Counted from the stretch's first letter, positions 16,241-24,000 are shown. The stretch is DNA of 24,000 nt from Buttiauxella sp. (GCA_036489025.1 DASXGN010000040.1:6619-30618); one strand, 5' to 3'. A program made the numbers and translations. The notes: a model not told the origin generated them from the sequence alone.

Positions 16241-17881
16241 GTGGAACAAAAATGGTGGCACAGCGCGGTGGTGTACCAGATCTATCCGCGCAGCTTTATG
16301 GACAGCAACGGCGACGGCATCGGCGATATTAACGGGATTATCAACCGGCTGGATTACCTGCAGCAGCTTGGCATCAATCTGATCTGGCTCTCGCCGGTTT
16401 ACCGATCGCCGATGGACGATAACGGCTACGACATCTCCGACTACGAGGATATCGCCGCCGAATTTGGCACGCTTGCCGAGATGGAATCTCTTATCGAGCA
16501 GGCGAAACGGCGCGATATTCATATTCTGATGGATTTGGTGGTGAACCACACCTCCGACGAACACCCCTGGTTTATCAACGCGCTGAAATCCAAAACAAAT
16601 CCGTACCGCGATTTTTATATCTGGCGCAAACCTGCGGCGGACGGCGGCCCGCCGAACGACTTCCGCTCTTATTTTGGCGGCAGCGGCTGGGCGTTCGACG
16701 AGGCCAGCGGCGAGTATTACCTGCATCAGTTTTCAACGCGCCAGCCCGATCTCAACTGGGACAACCCCCGCGTACACGAAGAGGTTCACGCGATGATGAA
16801 CCGCTGGCTGGATAAGGGCATCGGCGGCTTTCGCATGGACGTTATCGATCTTATCGGCAAGGAGGTCGATAAGCAGGTCATGGCGAACGGCAAGAATCTG
16901 CACGCGCTGATCCGCCAGATGAACCGCGCCAGCTTTGGGCGAGGGGACTATGTGACGGTGGGCGAAGCCTGGAGCGCCACGCCGGAAGACGCGCTGCTCT
17001 ACAGCGGTGAGGATCGCGAAGAGCTGTCGATGGTGTTTCAGTTCGACCACATCAAACAGTTCTGGGACGAACACGCCGGAAAATGGCGCAGCAAACCGTT
17101 CGAGCTGCGGGCGTTCAAGGCGGTGATGGAAAAATGGCAGACGGCGCTGGCGGAGCGAGGCTGGAATTCGCTGTTCTGGAGTAACCACGACCTGCCGCGC
17201 GCGGTGTCTAAATTTGGTGATGAAGGCGAGCATCGTGAAGCCTCCGCCAAAATGCTGGCCACCGCGCTGCACTGCCTGAAGGGCACGCCCTATATTTATC
17301 AGGGGGAAGAAATTGGCATGACCAACGTGCGCTACGGCAGCATCGACGACTATCGCGATATCGAAAGCCTGAATCTTTATAAGGAGCGCGTTGCCGAAGG
17401 CGTGAGCCCGGAGGAGATGATGTGCGGCATTCACGCCAACGGGCGGGACAACGCGCGCACGCCGATGCAGTGGGACGCCAGCCCGAACGCCGGTTTTACT
17501 ACGGGGACGCCGTGGATTGCCGTTAATCCAAACTATCGTGAAATCAACGTGGCCGCCGCGCTGGCGGAGCCGGATTCGATACTCTGGCATTATCAGAAGC
17601 TGGTGGCGCTGCGTAAGCAGTATCCCCTTCTGGTTTACGGCGACTTTCAGCCGGTGCTGGCGGAGCATCCGCAGGTTTTTGCCTGGCTGCGCACCCTCGG
17701 CGACGAGAAGCTGCTGGTGGTGAATAATTTCACGCGCGAATCCTTAACGCTGGACATTCCGCAGGCGATGCAGGCCTGGCGCGGCGAGTGCCTGGTCAGC
17801 AACTACGCCCCGCGTGATTCGCTTGCCGTCAGCCTTGAGCTGCAACCTTATGAATCATTTGCACTGTTAATCGGGAGGTAA
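16241..17881 (+). CDS. Cytoplasmic GH13 alpha-glucosidase, oligo-1,6-glucosidase-like (546 aa)
   Basis: All four GH13 regions are present: DLVVNH, GFRMDVIDLI (nucleophile Asp200, codon 16838-16840, followed by Val), VGEAW (Glu242) and WSNHDLPR (Asp317). No signal peptide. GTG start at 16241 with AGGGGGA upstream. Confidence 0.9.
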   Translation: MEQKWWHSAVVYQIYPRSFMDSNGDGIGDINGIINRLDYLQQLGINLIWLSPVYRSPMDDNGYDISDYEDIAAEFGTLAEMESLIEQAKRRDIHILMDLVVNHTSDEHPWFINALKSKTNPYRDFYIWRKPAADGGPPNDFRSYFGGSGWAFDEASGEYYLHQFSTRQPDLNWDNPRVHEEVHAMMNRWLDKGIGGFRMDVIDLIGKEVDKQVMANGKNLHALIRQMNRASFGRGDYVTVGEAWSATPEDALLYSGEDREELSMVFQFDHIKQFWDEHAGKWRSKPFELRAFKAVMEKWQTALAERGWNSLFWSNHDLPRAVSKFGDEGEHREASAKMLATALHCLKGTPYIYQGEEIGMTNVRYGSIDDYRDIESLNLYKERVAEGVSPEEMMCGIHANGRDNARTPMQWDASPNAGFTTGTPWIAVNPNYREINVAAALAEPDSILWHYQKLVALRKQYPLLVYGDFQPVLAEHPQVFAWLRTLGDEKLLVVNNFTRESLTLDIPQAMQAWRGECLVSNYAPRDSLAVSLELQPYESFALLIGR

Positions 17882-17883
17882 CG

Positions 17884-19530
17884 ATGGCGAACTGGTGGAA
17901 AGAGGCGGTGGCCTACCAGATTTATCCGCGCAGCTTTAAAGACAGCAACGGTGACGGCATCGGCGATTTGAACGGCATCATCGAGAAGCTCGACTACCTC
18001 AAAGACCTCGGCATCGATCTGATTTGGATCTGCCCGATGTATAAATCCCCCAACGACGATAATGGCTACGACATCAGTGATTATCAGGAGATCATGGCCG
18101 AGTTTGGCACGATGGCGGATTTTGATCGCCTGCTGGCTGAAGTCCACGCGCGGGGAATGCGCCTGATTATCGATTTGGTCGTGAACCACACTTCGGACGA
18201 GCACCCCTGGTTTATCGAGTCCCGCTCGTCGCGGGATAACCCGAAGCGCGACTGGTACACGTGGCGCGACGGCAAGAACGGCGCGGAGCCGAACAACTGG
18301 GAAGGGATTTTCAAAGGTTCGGCCTGGGAGTTTGACCCAAAGACCGAGCAGTATTACCTGCATCTGTTCACCCGCAGACAGCCGGATCTCAACTGGGAAA
18401 ACCCGCAGGTGCGGGCGGCGGTTTACGAGATGATGCGCTGGTGGCTCGACAAAGGCATCGACGGTTTCCGCATTGACGCTATCGCCCATCTGAAAAAAGA
18501 GCCGCGGCTGGCCGACGTGCCCAACCCGGATAAGCTGCGCTACGCGCCGTCGATGGCGAGCCATCTTAACTACGACGGGCTGCTGGACTACGTGGATGAT
18601 ATGAGCCGCAACGTGCTCCAGCACTACGATATTGTCACCGTCGGTGAGATGAACGGCCTGTTTGCCGATCGCGCCGAGGAGTGGGTAGGCGAGCATCGCA
18701 GCCGGTTAAGCATGGTATTCCAGTTTGAGCACGTCCGCCTGTGGGAGCCGGAAGAAGGGCTGCGGCCCGAGCCTGCCGTGTTAAAAGAAATCTTCACCGC
18801 CTGGCAGCAGGCGCTGGAAGGCAAAGGCTGGAATGCGCTGTACGTCGAGAATCACGATCTGACGCGCATCACCTCGCGCTGGGGCGATACCGAGCATCAC
18901 TGGCGGGAAAGCGCCACCTGCATCGCCGCGCTTTACTTCCTGATGCAGGGCACGCCGTTTATCTATCAGGGTCAGGAAATCGGCATGACCAATACTCGCT
19001 TTGGCGGCAGGGAAGATTTTGACGACGTGTCAGCGAAAAATATGTGGCGTGAGCTGGCGGCGCAGGGCCGCAGCGAAGAGGAAATCATCGCCTTTCTGAC
19101 CAACACCGGGCGCGATAATTCCCGTACGCCGATGCAGTGGAGCAGCTGGCCTAACGGCGGGTTCAGCGACGGCGAACCGTGGTTCCCGGTCAACGCCAAC
19201 TACGAGATGATTAACGTTGCCAGCCAGCGGCAGGACCCGGATTCCGTGCTCAATTTTTATCGCTCGCTGATTGCGCTGCGTAAGAAAGAGCGGGCGCTGA
19301 TTTACGGGCGCCACGAGCTGGTGCTGGCGGAGCATTCGCAGATTTACGCCTACCGTCGGGTGCTGCCGGGCGAGCAGTTCCTGGTGCTGTGCAATATGTC
19401 GCCGAAATCCGCCCGCTGGCCGCAGGAGGAGCTGACGCTGTCCGGCGCAAGCTGCCTGCTGGGCAACTATCCGCAGCTGGACGAACCTTATCGGCTGCAT
19501 CCGTGGGAGGCCCGGGTGTATAAGTTTTAG
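17884..19530 (+). CDS. Cytoplasmic GH13 alpha-glucosidase paralogue (548 aa)
   Basis: DLVVNH, GFRIDAIAHL (nucleophile Asp198, codon 18475-18477, followed by Ala), VGEMN and VENHDLTR. No signal peptide. GGGAGG lies before the ATG, which is 2 nt after the upstream stop. The N-terminal approximately 110 aa are highly similar to the upstream paralogue. Confidence 0.9.
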   Translation: MANWWKEAVAYQIYPRSFKDSNGDGIGDLNGIIEKLDYLKDLGIDLIWICPMYKSPNDDNGYDISDYQEIMAEFGTMADFDRLLAEVHARGMRLIIDLVVNHTSDEHPWFIESRSSRDNPKRDWYTWRDGKNGAEPNNWEGIFKGSAWEFDPKTEQYYLHLFTRRQPDLNWENPQVRAAVYEMMRWWLDKGIDGFRIDAIAHLKKEPRLADVPNPDKLRYAPSMASHLNYDGLLDYVDDMSRNVLQHYDIVTVGEMNGLFADRAEEWVGEHRSRLSMVFQFEHVRLWEPEEGLRPEPAVLKEIFTAWQQALEGKGWNALYVENHDLTRITSRWGDTEHHWRESATCIAALYFLMQGTPFIYQGQEIGMTNTRFGGREDFDDVSAKNMWRELAAQGRSEEEIIAFLTNTGRDNSRTPMQWSSWPNGGFSDGEPWFPVNANYEMINVASQRQDPDSVLNFYRSLIALRKKERALIYGRHELVLAEHSQIYAYRRVLPGEQFLVLCNMSPKSARWPQEELTLSGASCLLGNYPQLDEPYRLHPWEARVYKF

Positions 19531-19761
19531 CGCGGAGGTAAGCAGCGTTGAGTTCTTGCTGCACGGTAAAGCCAGGCAGGTCAGCACAGCAGCCAGTCCG
19601 GCTTTATCGCCGTTTTAAAAGGTGCGTCTTGATATATTATTCGGGCCTGACGATGATAATTCCCTCGGGTTATTTGATGATTTGTAGAAACGTCTGATTA
19701 TTCCTGCTCCGGCTTTACCCTGCTCGATTAGCTGTTAATATTGATGGTCAGCTAATTGCAC

Positions 19762-19790
19762 TTCAAAATATATGCGTTGCATTTTATTAT
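19762..19790 (+). promoter_or_regulatory. Candidate sigma70 promoter for the autotransporter gene
   Basis: TTCAAA (19762-19767), a 17-nt spacer, then TATTAT (19785-19790). This would give a leader of roughly 90 nt. Such matches are common in AT-rich DNA, so this is weak. Confidence 0.2.
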
Positions 19791-19865
19791 TCAGTTAAGA
19801 TTCTCTTATGCCAATCATTTAACTATTTGGCAGAATAATAGAAATATTCATTCAATGGAATTGCA

Positions 19866-19895
19866 ATGAAACGGCCAGGGAAAAGGTATGGATAA
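19866..19895 (+). other. 9-codon upstream ORF overlapping the autotransporter start codon
   Basis: ATG AAA CGG CCA GGG AAA AGG TAT GGA TAA gives MKRPGKRYG. It is out of frame with the main ORF, and its stop (19893-19895) lies 3 nt downstream of the main ATG (19888-19890). Confidence 0.2.
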
Positions 19896-22800
19896 TTATA
19901 AATTTGCATGTTGTTGCTCGCTAATCATCAGCGTGCAGTGCTCTGCGGGCATCATGCGTCACGATACTGAGGTGCTGGACTATCGCGACTTCGCTGAAAA
20001 TCTGGGCAAATATCGTCCCGGCATTTCTGCTATTCCGGTGTATAAAAAAAACGGTGAGTTAGATAATTATCTGCCATTTTCCATGCCTGATTTTGGCGCG
20101 GTATCGAGCAGCGGCTATGCCACTCTGGTTGCTTCCTCTTATGTTGCCAGCGTTCGGCATAATACGGGTTATAAAAGCGTATCATTTGGCAATGGCGCGA
20201 AATACGCCACCAGCTACCGGCTTATTAATCGCAACAATATAAGCGATCCCAATACAGATTTTCATTTGCCCAGGCTAAATAAAGTTGTTACCGATGGTGC
20301 CGTCGTGCAGGCGGTAGAAAAGAGTGAAATCCGCCGCAACGATCGCACCCGCTATAGCCAGTATGCGCGAGTGGGGGCGGGGCGACAGTACGTTGTCAAC
20401 GACGAGCAAACCGAGGAAGTGCAGATTGCTGCGGCCTACCAGTGGAAAAGCGGCGGTACGATTCCAGAAGCGGCGGTAACGCTGCCTTCAGGCACGCTGC
20501 GCTGGCAAAATTACGGTCCGGACGACGCGCGATCCGCACCGCTTTCATCGGCGGTGCACAGCGGCGATAGCGGCAGCCCGATTTATGTGTATGACGAGCA
20601 GGACAGGGCGTGGAAAATTGTCGGGGTTATGCACGCAATGTTGAGCAATAACGGCATTTATCAACGCGTCAGCGCTGCGGAATATATCCCGGATGGCTAT
20701 ATAGCTGAAATCCTCGCGCAGAACGTTTCCCCGGACGTGACCGATAGCCTTGCTGGCGGCCCAATTTCCTGGGGGAATAGCGCTATTTCTCAGCGGGGAA
20801 CGCGCTGGTCATGGCAGGGGCTGGACGCCAGCTACCGCTCGGTGGCGCCGTCTATGGCCACCGACGAGGAGCTCGATGCCAGTAAAGACCTGCGCTTTAA
20901 CGGTGAGGGGGGCGAAATCGTGCTCAGCGACGCCGTGAATATGGGCGCGGGCAAGCTTCAGTTTTCCAATAGCTATACGCTGCGCCCGGCGGCTGGCAGC
21001 GGTGCTACCTGGGCTGGCGGCGGCGTGGAGGTGGACGGGGGTAAAAAAGTTCTCTGGCAGGTGAACGGCCTTGCCAATGATGCACTGCATAAAATCGGCG
21101 AAGGCACTTTGCATATTCATGCCGAAGGGATAAACCGCGGCAGCCTGAACGTCGGGGACGGCGTGGTTATTCTTGACCAGATACCCGATGAGGACGGGCG
21201 TAAGCAGGCTTTTGAATCTGTTACGTTGGTCAGCGGCCGCCCCTCGGTGATTCTCGGCAGCGCCGATCAGGTCAGCAGCGACAAAATCAACTTCGGCTAT
21301 CGCGGTGGGGAGCTGGATCTTAACGGCAACAGCCTGACCTTCAAAAATATAAACCATACCGATAGCGGCGCGCGAATAGTCAACCATAATCTCCATGCGG
21401 CGGCAGCCGTCGTGCTGACGGGGTTACAAGCGGGTGCCAAAGATATTTTTCGCGGTTTTCTGGGAGAGAGCGTAGCGGATAAGCCAAACGGCGAGCTGAA
21501 CGCGATCTATCAACCGGCTGACGATGCGGCCCTTTTCGCCCTGACCGGCGGCATGAATCTTAACGGCAACCTCAGCGTTGAGCGAGGAACGATGTTGCTT
21601 TCCGGCCAGCCGGTTCCCCATGCCGGGAAGACCGTTATCGCGGACGACTGGCTCAGCGCCTCGTTTACGGCGAAAGAGATTGTCGTCAAAGACCGCGCGG
21701 CGCTTCACGTCGGAGAATACGCCAGCGTGCGCGCGAATATTGTGGCCGAAGCGGCGTCGCAGGTTGTGCTGGGCTATAACGGCAGCGGCGAAGAAAGCTC
21801 ACGCCTGTGGCGCTGTTACGCGGTCATTAACGACAATAACACCTGTAGCAAACCGCAGCGTTCGGACGAGGAGCAAAGCCTGCTTCCGGCCAGCGAGGTT
21901 CGCGGTGATATTACGCTCCACGAGGGCGCAAGCCTGTGGCTTGGCAAAGTCGATTATGCCGGGACGATGACGGCGCTGGGCGAATCCAGGGTGATGATGG
22001 GCTCCACGGCGGCGTGGCGGATGACCGGCAGCAGCAAGCTCGGAGACTTGCAGATGATTGAGGGGGCGACGCTTTCAATGCTTCCTGATGATAGCGGGGC
22101 CTGGCAGGCAAAAATGTTGTCGCTGGCGTCGCTTAATGCCTCGGGAATGACGTTAAAGCTGGGCATCGATCCGCGCTCGGCCTTGGGGGACCGCCTGACG
22201 ATCGAGAAAATCGCACAGGGGGCCAACAATAAGCTGAGCGTGACCGCAATGCTGAACCAGGACAGCACGCTGATACCGGGCCAGGAGATTGTCCTGATTG
22301 ATGCGCCGGCGGGCACCGCCCACGACTATTTCAGCCTGCCTGCGCTTGCCAGGGGCTTTACGCTCTACACGCCGGACTATCAGGTGATTGAGTCCGACAG
22401 CCGGGTTCGCTGGGTGATTAAATCTCAGGAGGCGGCTAAACCTGAGCCAGAACCGGCACCGCAGCCTGAACCCCCGCCTCAGCCTGAACCCAAGCCAGAA
22501 CCTCAGCCGCAGCCTGAACCCATGCCGGAACCTCAACCCCAGCCGGAGCTGAAGCCCGACCCACACCCCGAGTCTGAACCAGCCCCAGAACCCGCGCCGA
22601 AACCGCAGCCAGCGCCTCAGCCGGAAGCGGAACCACAGCCTGAACCTCAGCCGGACGTCTGGTTTAAATCTGAAGATAACCTGCCGCTGCAAAACAGAAC
22701 CCGGGCTTTAATGGCGACCCGCCAGTACTTGTTTAGCGAGTCGGCCAGCCGGCTTAACGATCGGGCGAAAACGCTGCGCGCTAATCCGCAGAGTGCCGGA

Positions 22801-23562
22801 GCATGGGCCGTTATTGCCCAGATCCGGGGCAAATTCCACGATGTTAAGGTCACCGATAGCACTCTGCGCGTGGGGGCGGATACCAATATCAACCGGCAGT
22901 TCTTTGGGCTGGAAGCTGGATTTACCCAGGGAAGCGCGAAGGGGCATGGGGTGGAGCAGCATCGTATGGCAAGCGTCGGAATGTATTATTCATGGTCCGC
23001 CCGGCAGGGCTGGTTTGTCGACGCTGCCGCACGCTATATGCGACTCATGCAGGAGATAGCCCCGGAGAGCTCATTGGGTATCGCGAGGGCAAAACCCAAT
23101 AGCGATATGGTGGCCGCCAGCCTGAAAGCGGGGAACCAGTTTGTACTCAGCTCACCGTTGCTTACCGTCACGCCCTATCTGGAAATGGGCGGCGGGTCTA
23201 TGTCCGGCTATTCGCTGAGCGGCAAAGATGCGTCGATTTCGCTGAGCTCCGCTTCCCCTTTCTTTGTCTCGCCTGGCGTGGAGCTGAAAAAGAACCTGGA
23301 TGAAAGCGAGGGTGGCCTGGCGCTGACGGCAGGTATGGCCTGGCAGTATATGCCGGGCAGGGCTGGGTCGAGCCTGTCGCTGGCAGATACGCATGCCGTC
23401 AGACGCAGCGAGGCATGGTCAGACAATCGCTACCGAGCGCATCTGGGGATCGAGGGGAAGGTGAGCCCGCGCTGGTCGATGAACGCCCGGGCGGAGCACA
23501 GCTTTGGCGGCAGCTTCAGCAGCGATGTCAACCTGGCCGCGGGCGTTAATTACCATTTCTGA
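19888..23562 (+). CDS. Type Va autotransporter with an S6-family (SPATE/IgA1-protease-like) serine-protease passenger (1224 aa)
   Basis: N-terminal S6 signatures: [23 protein letters not shown] (His91), [13 protein letters not shown] (Asp124) and [12 protein letters not shown] (Ser228, codon 20569-20571). Central beta-helix repeats ([25 protein letters not shown]). A Pro-rich linker. A C-terminal beta-barrel ending ..AAGVNYHF, with the terminal aromatic typical of outer-membrane proteins. An in-frame TGA at 19867-19869 rules out a longer N-terminus. Confidence 0.9.
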   Translation: MDNYKFACCCSLIISVQCSAGIMRHDTEVLDYRDFAENLGKYRPGISAIPVYKKNGELDNYLPFSMPDFGAVSSSGYATLVASSYVASVRHNTGYKSVSFGNGAKYATSYRLINRNNISDPNTDFHLPRLNKVVTDGAVVQAVEKSEIRRNDRTRYSQYARVGAGRQYVVNDEQTEEVQIAAAYQWKSGGTIPEAAVTLPSGTLRWQNYGPDDARSAPLSSAVHSGDSGSPIYVYDEQDRAWKIVGVMHAMLSNNGIYQRVSAAEYIPDGYIAEILAQNVSPDVTDSLAGGPISWGNSAISQRGTRWSWQGLDASYRSVAPSMATDEELDASKDLRFNGEGGEIVLSDAVNMGAGKLQFSNSYTLRPAAGSGATWAGGGVEVDGGKKVLWQVNGLANDALHKIGEGTLHIHAEGINRGSLNVGDGVVILDQIPDEDGRKQAFESVTLVSGRPSVILGSADQVSSDKINFGYRGGELDLNGNSLTFKNINHTDSGARIVNHNLHAAAAVVLTGLQAGAKDIFRGFLGESVADKPNGELNAIYQPADDAALFALTGGMNLNGNLSVERGTMLLSGQPVPHAGKTVIADDWLSASFTAKEIVVKDRAALHVGEYASVRANIVAEAASQVVLGYNGSGEESSRLWRCYAVINDNNTCSKPQRSDEEQSLLPASEVRGDITLHEGASLWLGKVDYAGTMTALGESRVMMGSTAAWRMTGSSKLGDLQMIEGATLSMLPDDSGAWQAKMLSLASLNASGMTLKLGIDPRSALGDRLTIEKIAQGANNKLSVTAMLNQDSTLIPGQEIVLIDAPAGTAHDYFSLPALARGFTLYTPDYQVIESDSRVRWVIKSQEAAKPEPEPAPQPEPPPQPEPKPEPQPQPEPMPEPQPQPELKPDPHPESEPAPEPAPKPQPAPQPEAEPQPEPQPDVWFKSEDNLPLQNRTRALMATRQYLFSESASRLNDRAKTLRANPQSAGAWAVIAQIRGKFHDVKVTDSTLRVGADTNINRQFFGLEAGFTQGSAKGHGVEQHRMASVGMYYSWSARQGWFVDAAARYMRLMQEIAPESSLGIARAKPNSDMVAASLKAGNQFVLSSPLLTVTPYLEMGGGSMSGYSLSGKDASISLSSASPFFVSPGVELKKNLDESEGGLALTAGMAWQYMPGRAGSSLSLADTHAVRRSEAWSDNRYRAHLGIEGKVSPRWSMNARAEHSFGGSFSSDVNLAAGVNYHF
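22438..22656 (+). repeat. Imperfect tandem repeats encoding a 73-aa Pro/Glu/Gln-rich linker (PEPxPQP units) inside the autotransporter gene
   Basis: [73 protein letters not shown]. At the DNA level there are repeated CAGCCTGAACC / CCAGAACC units. Confidence 0.85.
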
Positions 23563-23568
23563 ATCATA

Positions 23569-23597
23569 CGCGGCACCGGGAAAAGCCGGTGCTCGCG
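23569..23597. other. Hairpin between the convergent autotransporter and rna genes
   Basis: CGCGGCACCGG-gaaaag-CCGGTGC(T)CGCG forms about 11 bp with one bulge. The plus strand continues GCAAAAA, and the T-run precedes the stem on the minus strand, so neither orientation has a U-tract after the stem. Terminator role uncertain. Confidence 0.35.
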
Positions 23598-23606
23598 GCA
23601 AAAATG

Positions 23607-24000
23607 TCAGTACCCCACCGCATCCAGGCGGAACTGCTTCGCGCAGCTGCCCGGATTTTTTTGTGCGGCAAAGCTGGCTTCGCTGAGCGGCTGGTTAATC
23701 GCGGCGGCTCTGAGCGAGATTTGCATCTCCGTCAGGTAGGCCGGGTTACCGTTGCAGGTAAGCTTGACGGCTTTCACGGCGTCGTCGCCGAAGCTTTTTG
23801 CCAACGCCTTGTTAAACGCTTTGCGCGTCACGTCTTTGCCGTAGTTATCCGCCAAAAATTCTCCGAACTCGCTCTGCTTCACTTCCGTATTCAGGCGCAC
23901 CATGGTGCCGAAATAGGCGTTTGCATCGAAGCCAAAGCACGCGCCGTGCTTGGCAAACTCGTAGCGTTCAAGGCAGGACTGGCCGCCCGCGCCCGGCATC
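23607..24000 (-). CDS. rna: Ribonuclease I (periplasmic RNase T2 family), C-terminal part; 5' end beyond the window
   Basis: ..MPGAGGQSCLERYEFAKHGACFGFDANAYFGTMVRLN..VKLTCNGNPAYLTEMQISL..LDAVGY is colinear with the C-terminal half of E. coli RNase I (..VMPGAGGRSCLERYEYAKHGACFGF..IDKAGY). The ATG at 23999 is an internal Met, and the gene continues past the window end. Confidence 0.92.
   Translation of the reverse strand, partial: MPGAGGQSCLERYEFAKHGACFGFDANAYFGTMVRLNTEVKQSEFGEFLADNYGKDVTRKAFNKALAKSFGDDAVKAVKLTCNGNPAYLTEMQISLRAAAINQPLSEASFAAQKNPGSCAKQFRLDAVGY

Noticed and set aside
19565-19720. 9-bp inverted repeat GGTAAAGCC / GGCTTTACC about 125 nt apart, with a third partial copy at 19600-19608. 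I considered it as a possible MITE or terminator downstream of the second GH13 gene.
   Set aside because: The arms are short and degrade immediately outside the 9-mer. There are no target-site duplications and no second copy elsewhere in the window. The local stem before the TTTT at 19613-19616 is AT-rich with a 26-nt loop. The evidence is too weak to call a mobile element or a terminator.
22153-22692. 179-aa minus-strand ORF with a striking [14 protein letters not shown].. periodic sequence.
   Set aside because: It is the reverse-complement reading of the PEPQ tandem repeat in the autotransporter gene. The periodicity comes from that repeat and is not evidence of a separate gene.
23997-23999. 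ATG taken by the ORF track as the start of the last minus-strand ORF.
   Set aside because: It corresponds to the internal Met of the ..VMPGAGG.. segment of RNase I. The gene is truncated by the window edge and does not start here.
1-24000. I looked for CRISPR arrays, tRNA/rRNA genes, IS elements, integrases, and toxin-antitoxin or defence-system gene pairs.
   Set aside because: I saw no regularly spaced direct repeats, no cloverleaf-like or rRNA-like segments, and no ORF with transposase, integrase, nuclease or ATPase defence signatures. All sizeable ORFs are accounted for by metabolic, transport, protease or housekeeping functions.

Overview
Chromosomal segment from a GC-rich member of the Enterobacteriaceae. 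The proteins align closely, by eye, with E. coli K-12 orthologues, but the genus cannot be fixed from this window. The window opens inside an NlpC/P60 endopeptidase gene, continues through rnk, and ends inside rna (RNase I). In E. coli K-12, rnk and rna are direct neighbours. Here about 22 kb lies between them, in four unrelated modules. (1) A GntP-family permease with tandem GntR-type operators, a divergent alpha/beta-hydrolase (non-haem haloperoxidase/esterase type), and an unannotated 49-aa ORF. (2) A complete ypdC plus fryB-fryC-ypdF-ypdE-fryA locus: a fructose-family PTS with M24 and M42 aminopeptidases, substrate unknown even in E. coli. (3) A sugar ABC importer (binding protein, two permeases, MalK-like ATPase) followed by two tandem cytoplasmic GH13 alpha-glucosidases. 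(4) An AT-rich control region and a 1224-aa type Va autotransporter with an S6 (SPATE/IgA-protease-like) serine-protease head, a Pro/Glu/Gln-rich tandem-repeat linker and a C-terminal beta-barrel. I saw no tRNA, rRNA, CRISPR array, transposase or integrase. Most long ORFs opposite these genes are GC-driven shadow ORFs. The items most worth follow-up are the atypical S6 autotransporter and its odd 5' end, the rnk-rna cargo interval, the fry PTS/peptidase operon in a non-K-12 location, two small ORFs below the track's size cut-off, and the GntR-box arrangement around the permease/hydrolase pair.
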